This document shows positions 63,601 to 64,000 of a DNA stretch of 64,000 bases, in pieces. The position numbers and the translations under genes are program-made. The stretch covers positions 3,286,001 through 3,350,000 of the forward strand of contig NW_026782299.1 in the NCBI RefSeq assembly GCF_031769215.1, written 5' to 3'. Source of the DNA: Ylistrum balloti. Its lineage: Eukaryota. Positions within the stretch are counted from its first letter, which is position 1; each line of letters starts with the position of its first letter. The notes beneath the pieces were generated by a model. It did no database searches. It had not been told where the DNA came from and saw nothing but the letters and a program-made list of their open reading frames with translations.

Positions 63601-63774
63601 ACTTTTCTGAAAGGCATTATAAGGCAGGAGTACTTAAAATTAACATGACAAATAAAAATTGCTGTTTATGAACACTTACCAGTCCACAAAAAACTCTATC
63701 CGTCCTTTATCTAGTTTCTCAGGAGATGGAGTTCCTAATTCTGCTTTTACTCCAACTAAGATATCTGTGTTTGC
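60642..63774 (-). CDS. EXOSC7: Exosome complex component RRP42, partial (5' exons lie beyond the window)
   Basis: Exons in transcript order: 63680-63774, 63193-63358, 62603-62673, 61601-61721, 61364-61422, 61017-61113 and 60642-60746; phases consistent. Motifs: TDILVGVKAELG, FFVDCSANATPEFEGRGG, WILFVDVLLLECGGNLFDA, SDDPYD, VVDA..EE, GSLDP and the GFLR stop. Confidence 0.95.
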
Positions 63775-64000
63775 CTACAATCAGAACATATACTTAAGAG
63801 TACATGTTTGAAAGCAAAATATTGTGACTGAAAACAATGTATGGAAGATAATAATAAATGGATCTTTGCCAGACTATGTACTGGTCAGCTCTAAATTGGA
63901 TACATACATTTGTTGGTTCTATAATGATAATTCACCTGATCCTAATTTGATTCAGTTAACTTCAAATATCTGCCTCATAACCATAGTTTAGACTATTTTC

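Overview
AT-rich, intron-containing animal genomic DNA. The repeat families suggest a bivalve mollusc (inference). Most entries in the ORF track are spurious; the real genes are spliced, and I rebuilt them from GT/AG junctions and codon phase. In order: a complete 12-exon PIGU gene (minus, 1278-10678); two tandem atypical dual-specificity phosphatases of the DUSP3/13/26/29 type (plus, 12766-15345 and 24141-27211), the first head-to-head with PIGU; a tandem array of highly divergent actin-like genes (three intact: 33692-35154, 39198-40584, 42953-46389; one decayed copy ~36513-37830); a 7-exon coiled-coil gene ending in a CEP290-C-terminus-like motif (minus, 49100-53766); and the last 6 coding exons of EXOSC7/RRP42 (minus, 60642-63774, 5' end outside the window). 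Between them lie many minisatellites, Helentron-type non-autonomous elements, a tRNA-derived SINE, and CR1, Penelope-like and Gypsy relics. The best candidate for an undescribed system is the actin-like cluster. By manual alignment it is about 45% identical to beta-actin. It keeps the actin intron at codon 41/42 but replaces Q137, H161, G15, D157/G158 and H73 in every intact copy, and it shows apparent gene-conversion patches and birth-and-death turnover.
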